Assembly (NCBI RefSeq): GCF_036588685.1 | Contig: NC_086373.1 | Coordinates: 97,526,001-97,590,000, forward strand | Direction of reading: 5' to 3' | Length of the DNA stretch: 64,000 bases | DNA from: Mytilus trossulus | Taxonomy: Eukaryota | Shown here: positions 50,667 to 62,435 of the stretch, piece by piece | How the letters are laid out: the number at the start of each line of letters is the position of its first letter | How positions within the stretch are numbered: the stretch's first letter is position 1 | The notes under the pieces: generated by a model | Databases searched by the model: none | Seen by the model: the letters and a program-made list of their open reading frames with translations, nothing else | Told to the model about the DNA's origin: nothing | Translations under genes and position numbers: made by a program

Positions 50667-52187
50667 TACTGAGTGCCAATGAAAACGCAACACTTGTAAA
50701 TTTCAAATATTTTAAAATATATAATTATTTTTTTTTAAATGATTACCTATATCGGATAGAAAATGAATCGTCAGACTTCTTTCGAAATCTTTACGCTTGA
50801 ATGATTTTAGAAAAAAAGTTACGTGCTTGGTTACAAAAAAGGGGGATGAGTCGAGTGCACCGCTATTTAACGCACGAGTGATTTTCTCATTGTGTGTTTT
50901 GAAAATCGCTTAAGAATTGAACTTTCCCATCCTTTTTTGTTAGCCGCTGTAATAAACTAAGCCGTAGATGCCAAGACTTTTAGACAACCAGAGACATGAA
51001 GTTTGGTGCATGGTGCAAGGAGGCATTTCAAGTCGTGAAATTGCACGCAGAATGCATTGTTCAGCTTTAACAATTACCAGACTTATCCAAAGATTCAACC
51101 AAACTGGGTCTTTGAATGATAGACCACGTCCCGGAAGACAGAGAGCAACTACTGCCCAGCAGGACCGATACATTCGTCTTCAGCATCTGCGAGATCGGTT
51201 CCGTACGGCTGTCCAAACAGCACGGGAGACTGTCGGCGTCCATAGGAGACAAATTGGAGCAAACACGGTAAGACGCCGATTGCGCAGCAGTGGATTGAGG
51301 GCACAGAGGCCTTTCCGTGGTAACATGCTGACAGCAGTACGACGCCAAAATCGCTTAAGATGGACACAACAGCATCAGAGATGGTCACACAGGCAGTGGA
51401 CAACTGTCCTATGGACGGACGAATCAAGATTCCATCTTCGCCGTAGTGATGGACGAACTCGTGTGTGGAGACGAAGAGGAGAACGGTATGCAGATTCGTG
51501 TATCCAAGAGACAGATTGTTGGGGAGGTGGTAGTGTCATGGTATGGGGAGGAATATCATTCAACCATAAAACTCCTCTCATCACTATCAATGGCAATTTA
51601 AACGCTCAACGCTACATTGATGAAGTTTTACGACTGACCGTTATACCGTTCATGGTTGGACATCAAGATGTTAATCTTGTTCAGCAAGATAACGCTCGTG
51701 CACACTCCGCACGACTCACAACTGCGTTTATCAACAACAACCATGTTCAGACATTACCATGGCCAGCCTTTTCGCCGGATTTGAGTTCAATAGAACACTT
51801 ATGGGATCAAATTGGACAAGCCGTAAGACGACGACAGCCACCACCAGTTACGCTGCGCCAACTCGAAATTGCATTGCGAGAAGAATTGACAAACATTCCA
51901 CAACACCGTATCCGACGTCTGGTCAGGTCAATGCCACGTCGTTGTAGAGCTTGCGTTGCAGCACGCGGTGGACACATTCGTTATTGAGACTGTGAGTTAG
52001 TGAATTTTAGCGTTGTGTTGCATTAATGAATTGCATTCGAATCGTGGTAATTAAACATTTTTGGTTGAGTTTTATCTTTGGATAAACCCTTTAACTGTCT
52101 TTAACAATTACTGTAAACAAAATATTATTTTTTATAAAAATGCTATTTCTAAAAAACTTAGTGTTGCGTTTTCATTGGCACTCAGTG
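50667..52187 (+). mobile_element. Full-length Tc1/mariner DNA transposon (DD34E)
   Basis: 28-bp TIRs (T/C)ACTGAGTGCCAATGAAAACGCAACACT at 50667-50694 and 52160-52187. TA duplication at 50665-50666 and 52188-52189. Internal transposase ORF. Confidence 0.95.
50968..51987 (+). CDS. Tc1-family transposase, 339 aa
   Basis: N-terminal HTH plus RPGR linker, then VLWTDESRF, VMVWGGI, QQDNARAH and WPAFSPDLSSIEHLW. 34 residues lie between the second D and the E. Confidence 0.95.
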   Translation: MPRLLDNQRHEVWCMVQGGISSREIARRMHCSALTITRLIQRFNQTGSLNDRPRPGRQRATTAQQDRYIRLQHLRDRFRTAVQTARETVGVHRRQIGANTVRRRLRSSGLRAQRPFRGNMLTAVRRQNRLRWTQQHQRWSHRQWTTVLWTDESRFHLRRSDGRTRVWRRRGERYADSCIQETDCWGGGSVMVWGGISFNHKTPLITINGNLNAQRYIDEVLRLTVIPFMVGHQDVNLVQQDNARAHSARLTTAFINNNHVQTLPWPAFSPDLSSIEHLWDQIGQAVRRRQPPPVTLRQLEIALREELTNIPQHRIRRLVRSMPRRCRACVAARGGHIRY

Positions 52188-53547
52188 TATAAAACCCATA
52201 AATTTCAAACAAGTTTGCATTAATTGATTCTAAAATAACATGTACAAACTACCCTCGGATAGGTTAAAATTTTGTCATTAATTTTGTCAAAGCCACTAAA
52301 TGAAAAATATGAAACAATTCAGATGAGGAAACTAATGGCCTAATTCAGAACATCACAGTTTACGAAAACGCAAATATGACAAACATGAACCAACAATAAA
52401 TACTGGAGTACAGAATCCAGATTTGGGACAGACACATACAGAATGTGGTGGGGTTAAACGTTAAATGTTTGGGAACGCTGAACCGAACACCCTAAAATTG
52501 GACAGTGGTGTAACAATCAAATGTAAAGAACAAGTTATAAAAATCTAATGAAAAAGGCTTTCTCATTTTTATATCGATTAGACAGTTGGTTTTCCCGTTT
52601 GAATTGCAATACACTAGTAATTTTTTTTTTGCGGTTTGCTAACATTTTGGATATTCGGGAGACTGTCAAGCGAGCCTCCGACATTCGCATTTCTTACTTG
52701 GTACAGGAAATGTTCTATGTAGAAAATGGTGGATTAAAACTAGCTTTGCTACTAGTAGTGCAAGGCTCTTTTGATAATAACATTATCAAGGATAAGGGTG
52801 TAAGTTGTTATCTAAAAGACTAAGAAAACACAAAATGCTTATATTTTCTTAAATTCTTCATGCTAAACAGCATTCTAATATGATATGCTTCTTTCGCTTT
52901 GTAAACAACGCCGTGATAAAATTCTCGATATATCTATACTTAGCACAGATTCACAGATACACATAATAATTGATGTTACAATGTACCTACCACGTAATTC
53001 CACATGTATTGGAACCTATTTGCAATCGTTTTGCCGAATTTATTGTTTAAAAAATGGCTATTAAAAACAGACTAAGAACGTTTTTTCTTATTCGGATGCA
53101 TAATAAAAAGAATTATTGCAGAGAAGAGCTCGGAAAAAATCAACCAAATCAAAATAAAAGAAATTCCGCGCAAGTCTATTATTATTTATCATGACGTCAT
53201 AGAAATGGAAAAGTTAGAATGTAAGGTTTTCAGTTACGTGAACCAACGAAATTCTTATAATATTGTATATATATTTACTTATTTCAGCAAGTTAATATAG
53301 CGGCTCCTTAGTTACGAAATGTCATCTTTGGATTTGACAAGAAAAACGTGTGATTTAACAATATCTTATGCTGGGTTTAAAACATTAAACAGATTTTTTT
53401 CTAGCGTTTATTCACGAAATAGTCCATGCAAGCGGGGAGTTCATTAGAATGTTTGAGCTTCATTTAACAGGGAGTAAAAAAGAACAGCCAGACACACGGC
53501 ATCCTACTCTCGCTTCAGTTTTTTAATGGACGTATTTGTCCTATTAA

Positions 53548-53820
53548 GGTGGTATCCAAAACTTTAACTAAAATTAATTTGGTTCGTTTAATTTTCTTTA
53601 AATTTTGACAAAGTATTTACTTTGACCCTTTGATAAAAATATATAAATTTTAAAACATTTGAACCAACCGTTGTATTAGAAAAATTACACTGGTTATATA
53701 GCAGTTTGACAAACACTTTTTTTTATCATTGAGAAGCTTAATTTTCCCTTATCAACACAATGTAATTAAAACGTTTAGCTGATTTTACAGAGTTATCTCC
53801 CTGTAGTGGTAGGTACCACC
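53548..53820. mobile_element. TTAA-flanked MITE with GG...CC ends (Kolobok-type)
   Basis: TTAA|GGTGGTA...TACCACC|TTAA, 273 bp, non-coding. Confidence 0.65.
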
Positions 53821-55854
53821 TTAAAATCGAAATAATTCATAGAATCCATATATATGTTGTAAATTTACACATGGCCTGGGCCGTGTGTAAATTTACAACA
53901 AATCTACGGCGTTCATAAATTATTTCTTAAGTATCACCCTCTTGTTTCTTTTAGTATTCCTAATTATCTTAACATCCGACGAACGAACGACACAGTTTAT
54001 TTTAATTAGAACATACCAAACCACATTCATATCTTCAAAATGAAAATAAGGAGATGTGGTGAAATTATCAATGAGACAATCAGAGTTCAAACGCAGAGGA
54101 TGTAAGCAGTTAGAGTCGGCTGTTAAATGTCCAGACATGAAAAATTCGAAAGCTGACAACCTAACTAGGACTGATGTTACAGCACAACACAAGACAACAC
54201 TATAAAATAATCAATTTAATGATCAGATCATCATGTGAAACTAGCATGGACGATATCAGACCAGACGTGGATCCAGCCTCTCTGAACATATGGTGATTCA
54301 AACCTTGGAACACCATGAAACGTTTGTAGCAGAGTAATATTTTCTGCTACATAAACAATGTAAATTGTACTTTGGAAATCACTGACTTATATTAAAAATT
54401 TACTTTTTAAATTCTTATTTAGCTTTAGTTTATTGACTTAATTTATTATATAATTTACGTATTGAGTAATGTTACTTATACATATTCATGTAGGGCTTTT
54501 GAACTTTCAGATAGGTAAGACTATATATAAAACCAGGTACATTTGGATGCATATTTCGTTTTTGTTATTCTATTGGTTTATACATATAGAATGTTTTGAT
54601 TACCAAAACTCGAAGCAGAAACGCTATATAGTATCATAAGAGTTCATCAAGTAACTTGTAATTTTGCGAATGTCGGAGCCCAGCTCGACAGTCTCCCGAA
54701 TGACCAAAATATTAAAAAACCGTACAGTTCCGTTCCCACACTGTGAATATGAGTATAGGTATTATTGATTAAGCATACTCGTAAATACATGTTGTATATA
54801 TACACTACACCAACGTGCATTTATTGAAACTGTGGATTTATTCAATCACAACCGGGAAAAAGATAACTTAGCCAACATTCTGCAGAACTTGTTTTCTGCA
54901 TATAAAAACCTTTGTAGAAAAGGAAGACATTATTTGTCTTAAATTCTGAACATAACTCTAAATGTTCATCTGTATAAAATGTATAAATAAAACATGTATT
55001 CTATAAACCTATTATATATTTTAACTATCATATGCAGAAACGTGTTGGTATATCATCAAAATCAATCACTTTTGCACTTCGGTCAATCAAGTTTACAAAC
55101 AAAATGTTTTGGGCTAAATTTGTGATGTTGGAGTAACCTATCACCACATATTAAGCAAAATTTGGGACCATGGAGTAACCTATCACCACATATAAAACAA
55201 CATATACAAATACTCACTTGAGCACCTAACTCCGTGGTCGGGAATGATTGCACCAGCAATAATTTTCTTTTGTCTCTCGTGATAAACTGTCCTTGTTGAT
55301 CTATATCTATCGCAGGCATTATGACTTGACAATTGTCTACCTTTATTGTAACAACGTCTGGAACTAATTTTTAATTGTTCGAAACAGATTCTGAAGGATA
55401 ATATGTTAGTATGTCAATATAAACGGTTTTAATTTCTCTAATTTATATTTTTTTCTGATGAAATTTTGAATCTAGAAGATTTACCAATTGGAATAAATGG
55501 ATTTCTAATGTATTCTGCTTTAGTGATTTTATGTCACCTTTCCATGTAGAAAGTGAGTCAAAGTTCGAATTGGTGATATTCATATTTTGCAATACCATAT
55601 TAGTACGATATATCAGTAGCATGAGCTCGAATACCGGCAAGGTAAAAACAAAATGTCCTATCTTTCATTGTTAGGCTTATATTTGGACGAATTATATATA
55701 CAAAATGTTTTTATAGCCTTGTATCACCATCACTGGTGATCCGATGGATAAAATCGGTCATGGAGTACTGTCAGACGTACATAATATAATTATTTCTGTG
55801 ACTGCATTCTTCATTTATTTGTAACATCCTTTCACCTCACCCCATCTATGCTCT

Positions 55855-56610
55855 TCATGCCCGTCGAATTTGTCTCAGACATCTATTTTTGAAGGCGTTT
55901 AATTTCTTTTTGTCTTGTTCATTTATTTTCCAGGTTTCACATCCATACAGTAGGACTGATATGACTAATCTATTAAATAACCTGAACTTTGTTTTAAATG
56001 ACAATACTGATGATCCCCATATTTTTTTTCTTAAACCTGTTGTCCATGTCATTTTCACAGCCACCTATTGTTGTCACTATTCCTCAAAGGTCTTTCTCGT
56101 TTAACACTACCGGGTTGTCATTATTGGTATTCATCTGCATTACTTTTGTTTCAGATGTGTTTATCTTAAGTCCTTTTTTGCTGGCATTTACTTGAAGTTT
56201 ACTGGTTTTCAGTTGTAACTTGGAAGACTTGCGTGCTAGGTCGTCAGCAAAATCAATGTCTCCTAAATTTTCATTTTATTTTTTTCAAGATCTTTAATTG
56301 TTAGCTTCATGACGTGGACAATGGCTAGGAGAAATAAGAAGTCAGCCATTATGCATACTTTGTTTTTACTTTAACCATTATGGTTGTACTCCTTTGTCTA
56401 TGACTGCTCACTCAAATGAATCGTATAAGAGTTTTAAACTGTGTACGTTTATCTAGAATGTGATAAACTTTGAAGATGGAACATAAGCTTTTCTCATCGG
56501 ATGGAATCAAATACCTTTTCTACCAAGTTGACGTATAAAGGAGCCTTCCATTCTGAACATTGTGCTATGATGTTTCTTAAAGCAAAGAGTTGTTCGGTAG
56601 TGCTTTTCTT
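55855..56610 (-). mobile_element. Degenerate RTE-like non-LTR retrotransposon RT fragment
   Basis: LGDIDFADDLA...GLKINTSETKVM...TKFRLFNRLVISVLLYGCETW...LNAFKNRCLRQI, with stops and frameshifts. Confidence 0.75.
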
Positions 56611-57894
56611 GGAAAATAGTTTGGCCTGAGCCACGCTTATCACAGCCTTATTGGGCTATGGTATCATGTAATAGCGCAAATGATCATCACGAAAATCGAT
56701 ATTTTAGAAGAAATTTAAAAATTTATTGCTTGAAATAAAATTGTATATTTATATGTAGTAACCCTCAGAAATTAAAGGTACCTCCCAACTTCTCCTTCAT
56801 CCCCTAATTTTTTTTTATAGGGTTTCTTGCTTTCTTAAAAAATTAAAAGGATTATATAAAGGCTTGGTTATATGAGCACAGTTTATCCCTTATTCTCATT
56901 GGATAATATTTTGTTTTGTGAATTTGCGCAAATAAATGTTCACAGAATATGTGATAGCAAGTAGTTATTTAATAAAATCTCATTTTGCTTTTAAAATGTA
57001 TAACTTTTATACGTTCAACGTTACCATTTAACTTCTATTTACCAAAAAATTTAATTCAACATCACATGGGAGAAAATGACTCAAGGGGTAAAGAATTTAA
57101 ATCGTTTTGGTGCGCGGTCTTCCGGTTATTTTTATATTTATATAGCCAAATTCATCTTCTAATTTCAACTTGGACGGAAATTTCTTGATAATTTATAATT
57201 TTCCTTATTTCTCAACATACAATTTTGTTACAAATCAGGTCAGTACGGGTATATCATATGGTTTCAGTCATTTACACATTTTGAAGATATTGCATGGCTG
57301 ATTATGTCTGCCGTTTAAATTTTCTATCTTTCGAGATAATAAGTAGAAACCCAAAATTAGTAAAACATTGACGTTGAAATGCAATAACAACCAGAGGAGT
57401 CACCCAAATGGCCAATGGTTTCAATCGGTTAACCTTTTTTATATCTTTTATTGCTGGTCAACATTTTAAATCAACAGTCAAAAACCATGCAAATTATCCT
57501 GAGATAGGTAAAACAACGAGAGTTCACCACAGCAGAAGGGAAAAGATATGTTTGAACTATTGAAATAGTGGTTTGTCTACCATGCAATATCTTAGAAATT
57601 TATCAATTGCAGTTGGTCATACGTGATCAGGACATTCATTTCATTCAACAGGTTGATTTGATTATTATTCAATTCTGGTGGAAATTAATCACTAAAAGGT
57701 GAGCTCATGAAAATCTTTATAAAGCCTGTCTCCAAAATATTTTGGCAAATAGTTTTAAAAATTTCAACGAATGACATTCCTGACCATTTAGTATACTAGT
57801 AGTTTCCTGAATGAGATCATAATATGAAGTCTTGATGAATAATGAATTATTGATGAATAATGAATTTAAACGTATTGCTAACCCTTATGAATCT

Positions 57895-58390
57895 GAAATA
57901 GTGTTCAAAGGTACCAGGATTATAATTTAGTACGCCAGACACGCGTTTTGCCTACATAATACTCATCAGTGACGCTCATATCAAAATATGTGAAGCAAAA
58001 CAAGTACAAAGTTGAAGAGCGTTGAGAATCATTAATTCCAAACAGTTGTGTCAAATACAGCTAAGGTAATCTATGCCTGGGATAAGAAAATCCTTATTTT
58101 TCGAAACAAAAACCCAGGAAATTTATAAAATTTTCCTCATTATTGATATTCATGTCAACACCTAAGGGTTGACTACTGGACTGGTGATACCCTCGGGAAC
58201 GAAATGTCCACCAGCAGTGACATCAACCCAGTGGTGTAAATAGTGATCAAAGGTACCAAGATTATTATTTCGTACGCCAGACGCTCGTCTACATAAGACT
58301 CATCAGTGACGCTCATATCAAAATATTTATAAAGCCAAACAAGTACAAAGTTGAATAGCATTGAGAATCAAGAATTCCAAAAAGTTGTAT
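57895..58390 (-). mobile_element. Head-to-tail hammerhead-containing repeat (non-LTR retrozyme-like, family 1), ~342-bp period
   Basis: CAAAGGTACC recurs at 57906 and 58248. Each unit carries a hammerhead-shaped motif GCGTCA-CTGATGA-stem II-...-GTC-TGGCGT (57932-57975 and 58274-58312). Both motifs have core lesions. Confidence 0.75.
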
Positions 58391-58546
58391 ATTATTACAA
58401 TTTGCATTCAGCTATCAAAATATAAAACGAAAACCTATATAGATCCCAGCACTTGTTCTTACTCCTCATTTTACATTACAAGGATATGCACAGCAGTGAA
58501 TAGAAAATAGAATACCCATATGTATAAAATTTAAAAAAGGTAGATG

Positions 58547-59031
58547 TTACAAACCTTTTGGTCTACTGTAATTAAATGGTACTCCTAGTGTGTTAAATGT
58601 AGCAACACTAATTTTCTTTGATTTTCTGTTTTTAAAACGACTAATAATTTCTGTGCCACCAATTTCAAGTTCGAAATCTGCTGTCCATTCCATTAGCCAT
58701 CCTTTGCCATCAGGTGGTGGAATTTGCATTTGTCCAAATTTCATACAGCCTTCTTCATCTATAAAATTAGGATTTATCTCAGTTGATAAGTGTAAATCGG
58801 GAATGTGCGGTATGCGTCGTTTTATTTGTCTTTTCTAGTCTTTGTATGAATCTTTAAGTGCGACTGAACTTTTGCATCAACAGAAACTTCTTGATTAATT
58901 GTGAATAATTTTTTGGAATAATCTCTGCACCACTCTTTCCCCTCCTCTTTCAGTCTCTTTGAGTCCGGGTCGCCTTTTTTTAAAGTTCTATAAGATCGAA
59001 TGCCATAGGAATATTTCGCCATTCTTTATAT
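58547..59031 (-). pseudogene. Truncated HSPA12-like pseudogene fragment E (3' ~480 bp of the last exon only)
   Basis: Homologous to the C-terminus of genes A and D (MAKYSYGIRSYR...QIPPPDGK...FELEIGGTEII). Two 1-nt deletions and an in-frame TAG fall around 58800-58875. No upstream exon-4 sequence is present. Confidence 0.85.
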
Positions 59032-59269
59032 CAGATTTTTGACCAATTTTCTAGACTACTACTAAAGAAGTTACAATCAAATTGTTTAATAAAGCATATG
59101 GGAATAATGAAATCAATTATTTTTAAAGTTGGAAAAAAAACTCGTTGGATACTTGAGGAAAATAACGTGATTTAAATGGTCTTTTAATTTAACTACTCTT
59201 TTCGGATCAGTACATATCAACAAAATCTTATAAAATAGAGTTTTTCTTACTTAATTAAATGGTCCATCG

Positions 59270-59460
59270 AAACATTTCGGCAATAAACTTATGAACAGGT
59301 TGTAGGTATCCCTATGAGCACCAAAATGTACTTCTTTATATTAGATATTTTTATTGTTTTTATGAATCTTGCCTTTGGGAAAATTCAGTAAAGATCCGTC
59401 TTGAGTGCATTTATATAACATTGATGATATGTTTGCTTAGATAACCAAGAATGTTCTCAT
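59270..59460 (+). mobile_element. Ancient Penelope-like RT remnant; paralogous copy at ~23430-23600
   Basis: QVVGIPMST... (degenerate GIPMGTNCAP) and ...IDDMFA.DNQE motifs. Confidence 0.5.
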
Positions 59461-60451
59461 ACTCTTAGCCTTGAAAAGATGGCTTGGCAATACACCTCTA
59501 CAGGAAGTTAGAAAAACCCTTTCATGTAATCGCTCTTTTAACTGTCGAAGTTGTCTAAAATGCAATTGGTAGATGAGCTAAATGATGCTATAAGTAGTTG
59601 ACAATAAACAAAATTACTTTTGATTTATCAAACATTCTTTTATTACGATTTGAATAAAAAAATCGAATTTTACCACATTTAAACAAATATTAACACATTT
59701 TGTAAACTGTGTTAACAAAATTAGTATGCAATTTAATTCATTTAGTTTAAAATAGAGTTATACTTCTTTTCATGTTAAGCGGATATGCATTTTACATTCA
59801 ATTTTTTTTTTTTTTTTTTATTTTTCATTAGAAAAACTGATGGAGTTATATACAGTAAACCAGGAAAGAAATGTGCGATTTGTTTACTTTTCTCTCCTTT
59901 CAATTCAGTCATAAACGAAAAGATGTTTAAGGGGTCTGTTCCTTCAATAACTAGGACTGAAACTTAGAAACTGTAAGATTAATCTTCAAAACTATGCACT
60001 ATTTTTCTTTGTATTTTTTTTTATTTGTATTTTGTGCACGAAAATCATACCACAAAGTATATATCAAAGAGGATATGGATGGGGTCCTACGTTCCTCTAT
60101 GTTGTTATTCTTTTGGGGCCGTCTTCCTATAGAAAATTTGTTCCAATCGTTCTCCGTTGTTTGTATTTTAGCGCTCCATTATTCCCTTTTTCTACCGATT
60201 TCTATTCTTTATATTGTGGGTCACTTTTTTGATAGTATTACTAGTACATCCTCCTCTTGTTAATAAACTCTATTTAGGCCCTCATAAATTGTGAATAAAC
60301 CTACTATTCATATCATTATTTATGAAAACATCGCGTCTTTCTTTAAAAAAAAATATTTATCAGTCATAGCATGTCAATCTCACGGAAAACAAAGTTGAAT
60401 TATCAATATCATAATTAGAGCACAAAAAGATGTGTGTGTCCATAGCAGTCT

Positions 60452-61578
60452 TCACAAAGCCTTTGGTGTAGTGTAATGGAATGGTACTCCGAGCGCATTT
60501 AATGAAGCTATAACTGTTTTTCCCGAATTTCTGTCCTTAAAACTGCCAATGATCTCTGTACCACCAATTTCGAGTTCAAAATCACCTGTCCATTCCATTG
60601 GCCATTCTTTGCCATCCGGTGGTGGAATTTGAACTTGTCCTAATTTCATACAGCCTTTTTCATCAATAAAATTTGGATCCTTCTCAGTTGTGAAGTACAG
60701 ATCAAGGGTATGTTTCATTGTTCGTTTGGCTTGTCTATTTTTATCTTTGTAAGAATCTTTGATTGCCACTGCACTTCTTTCACCAACAGAAACTTCTTGA
60801 TTAATTGTGAATAGTTTCTGAAAATTGTCTCTGCACCACTCTTTCCCCTCCTCTTTCAGTCTCTTCTCTACCGGGTCGCCTTTTTTGAACGTCCTGTATG
60901 TTCGAATACCATATGAATATTTCGCCATTCTTGATATCACAACATTTGGATTATGCCCGAATAAAACGGCTCCTTTCAGTACTGCAAGTCTTGCTTCTGT
61001 CGGAATGATGACCTCAATATTTTCAAAAGATCTATGGTTGCGTATTGCGTCTGCAACTATCAGTGATTCTGAGAACCCCCCAACCATAACCAATGCAGGT
61101 GAAACATTGTCAAAGTTTCTGTTCTCTAGAACTTTTTCTAAATGTAAGAGAATTTTTAGAGTCGTTTCCTTAAAGAAGCCGATAAAAATTCTTGCTTTGA
61201 TGTGTAGTCTATTTTTCTGTTTATCATTCACAGACACCATATTTCTATGTGGTGATGATTCCATAATATCGGCAATAGTTTTCCTTTTGTTTTTGATGAC
61301 TTCCATTACACCAAACGGCATCCGTATAACAACATCGTGACCCCCATCCGGTGTGACTTTTCGTTTCTGTTCTTCAAATTCTTGTTGAATTTCTAAGAAA
61401 TCGCTTCTATAATCTCTGCCAATTTCCTCCATAATGTTGTTCCCCAAAACTTCATCTAAAAATTTTAAGAATTTGATATCAATGATGGTTCCTCCCCAGT
61501 CTCCTCCGCTGGCTCTATCAATAGTTTTTATACTGTTGTCATGTGTTACTTCGTTAATTGATATATCTGCAGTTCCAC
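60452..61578 (-). CDS. HSPA12: HSPA12-like gene D, terminal exon (upstream exons not found in the window)
   Basis: Acceptor TTCCAG|GTGGAACTGCAGAT at 61579/61578. The 1127-nt exon is open to TGA at 60452, with the same length and phase as gene A exon 4. Confidence 0.9.
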
Positions 61579-61608
61579 CTGGAACAAAAAACGTGTACTT
61601 ATGTTTTT

Positions 61609-61715
61609 CAGTTTTTCAAGACATGTTATATAACAGTTTTGCAAGACATGTTATATAACAGTTTTGCAAGACATGTTATATAACAGTTTTGCAAGACATG
61701 TTATATAACAGTTTT
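61609..61715. repeat. 25-bp VNTR, 4 copies
   Basis: (GCAAGACATGTTATATAACAGTTTT)x4, containing the palindrome TGTTATATAACA. Confidence 0.9.
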
Positions 61716-62435
61716 ACTGTGTATGATCATAAGTGTTCTAATTAATCATGACAATATTAAACCTTTTTACTTAAAGTCTAACTTAACATTTATTATTTAT
61801 TTATTAATATCATTACTGGCCAACGTCAGCATCGACCACGGCAATTGTCTCTTGCAGAAATTGATATATTTATACAACCAAAAACTGAAGTGAAAATAAA
61901 ATCAATTATGAACTCAAATCAATAATAAAGTTTGCAGGAAAACTAATAATTGCACCAATTGTTCTAGTTGATAATTTTTCTCCTAACTGGTTATACTCAA
62001 AACAACTGCATAGTCAATATATTTTTTTTCATTTCAAATTATGTTTGGATTATTTTGACTAAATATAGATATGAACCATATATAAACTTTTTTATATATA
62101 TTACTTTTTTAGAATACCCTAAATCAAACTTAATGTATGCTATTTACTTGATTTTAGTCACAACTTAAATCAGAGTCAACAGAAATCTATAAATATTCAA
62201 ATCTTATAAATTCATTTTAAAGAACTAACAGATCAAAGTAAAAAAAAAAACAATGAAGGAAAAAAAAAACAATGAAGAAAAAAAACCAGACCGGAACCAC
62301 CGACAGTGTAAGCTTTGCTGTCTATGACAGACAACTGTTTTTATATATATTTAAAATTCAGTTTCTTTCCTAAATTGAGGTAAATTAAATGGCCTTCCAA
62401 AAACTTTAAGATCCCTAACATCACTGAAGAGACTT

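Noticed and set aside
55083-55319. Double zinc-ribbon-like ORF (CFICGDRLL...CLICGDRLL)
   Set aside because: The two CxxC motifs come from a local ~42-bp duplication, with no other support for coding.
47344-61340. Antisense ORFs over HSPA12 exons and the transposase (e.g. 47344-47766, 51067-51596, 60825-61340)
   Set aside because: They are shadow frames of real coding sequence on the opposite strand.
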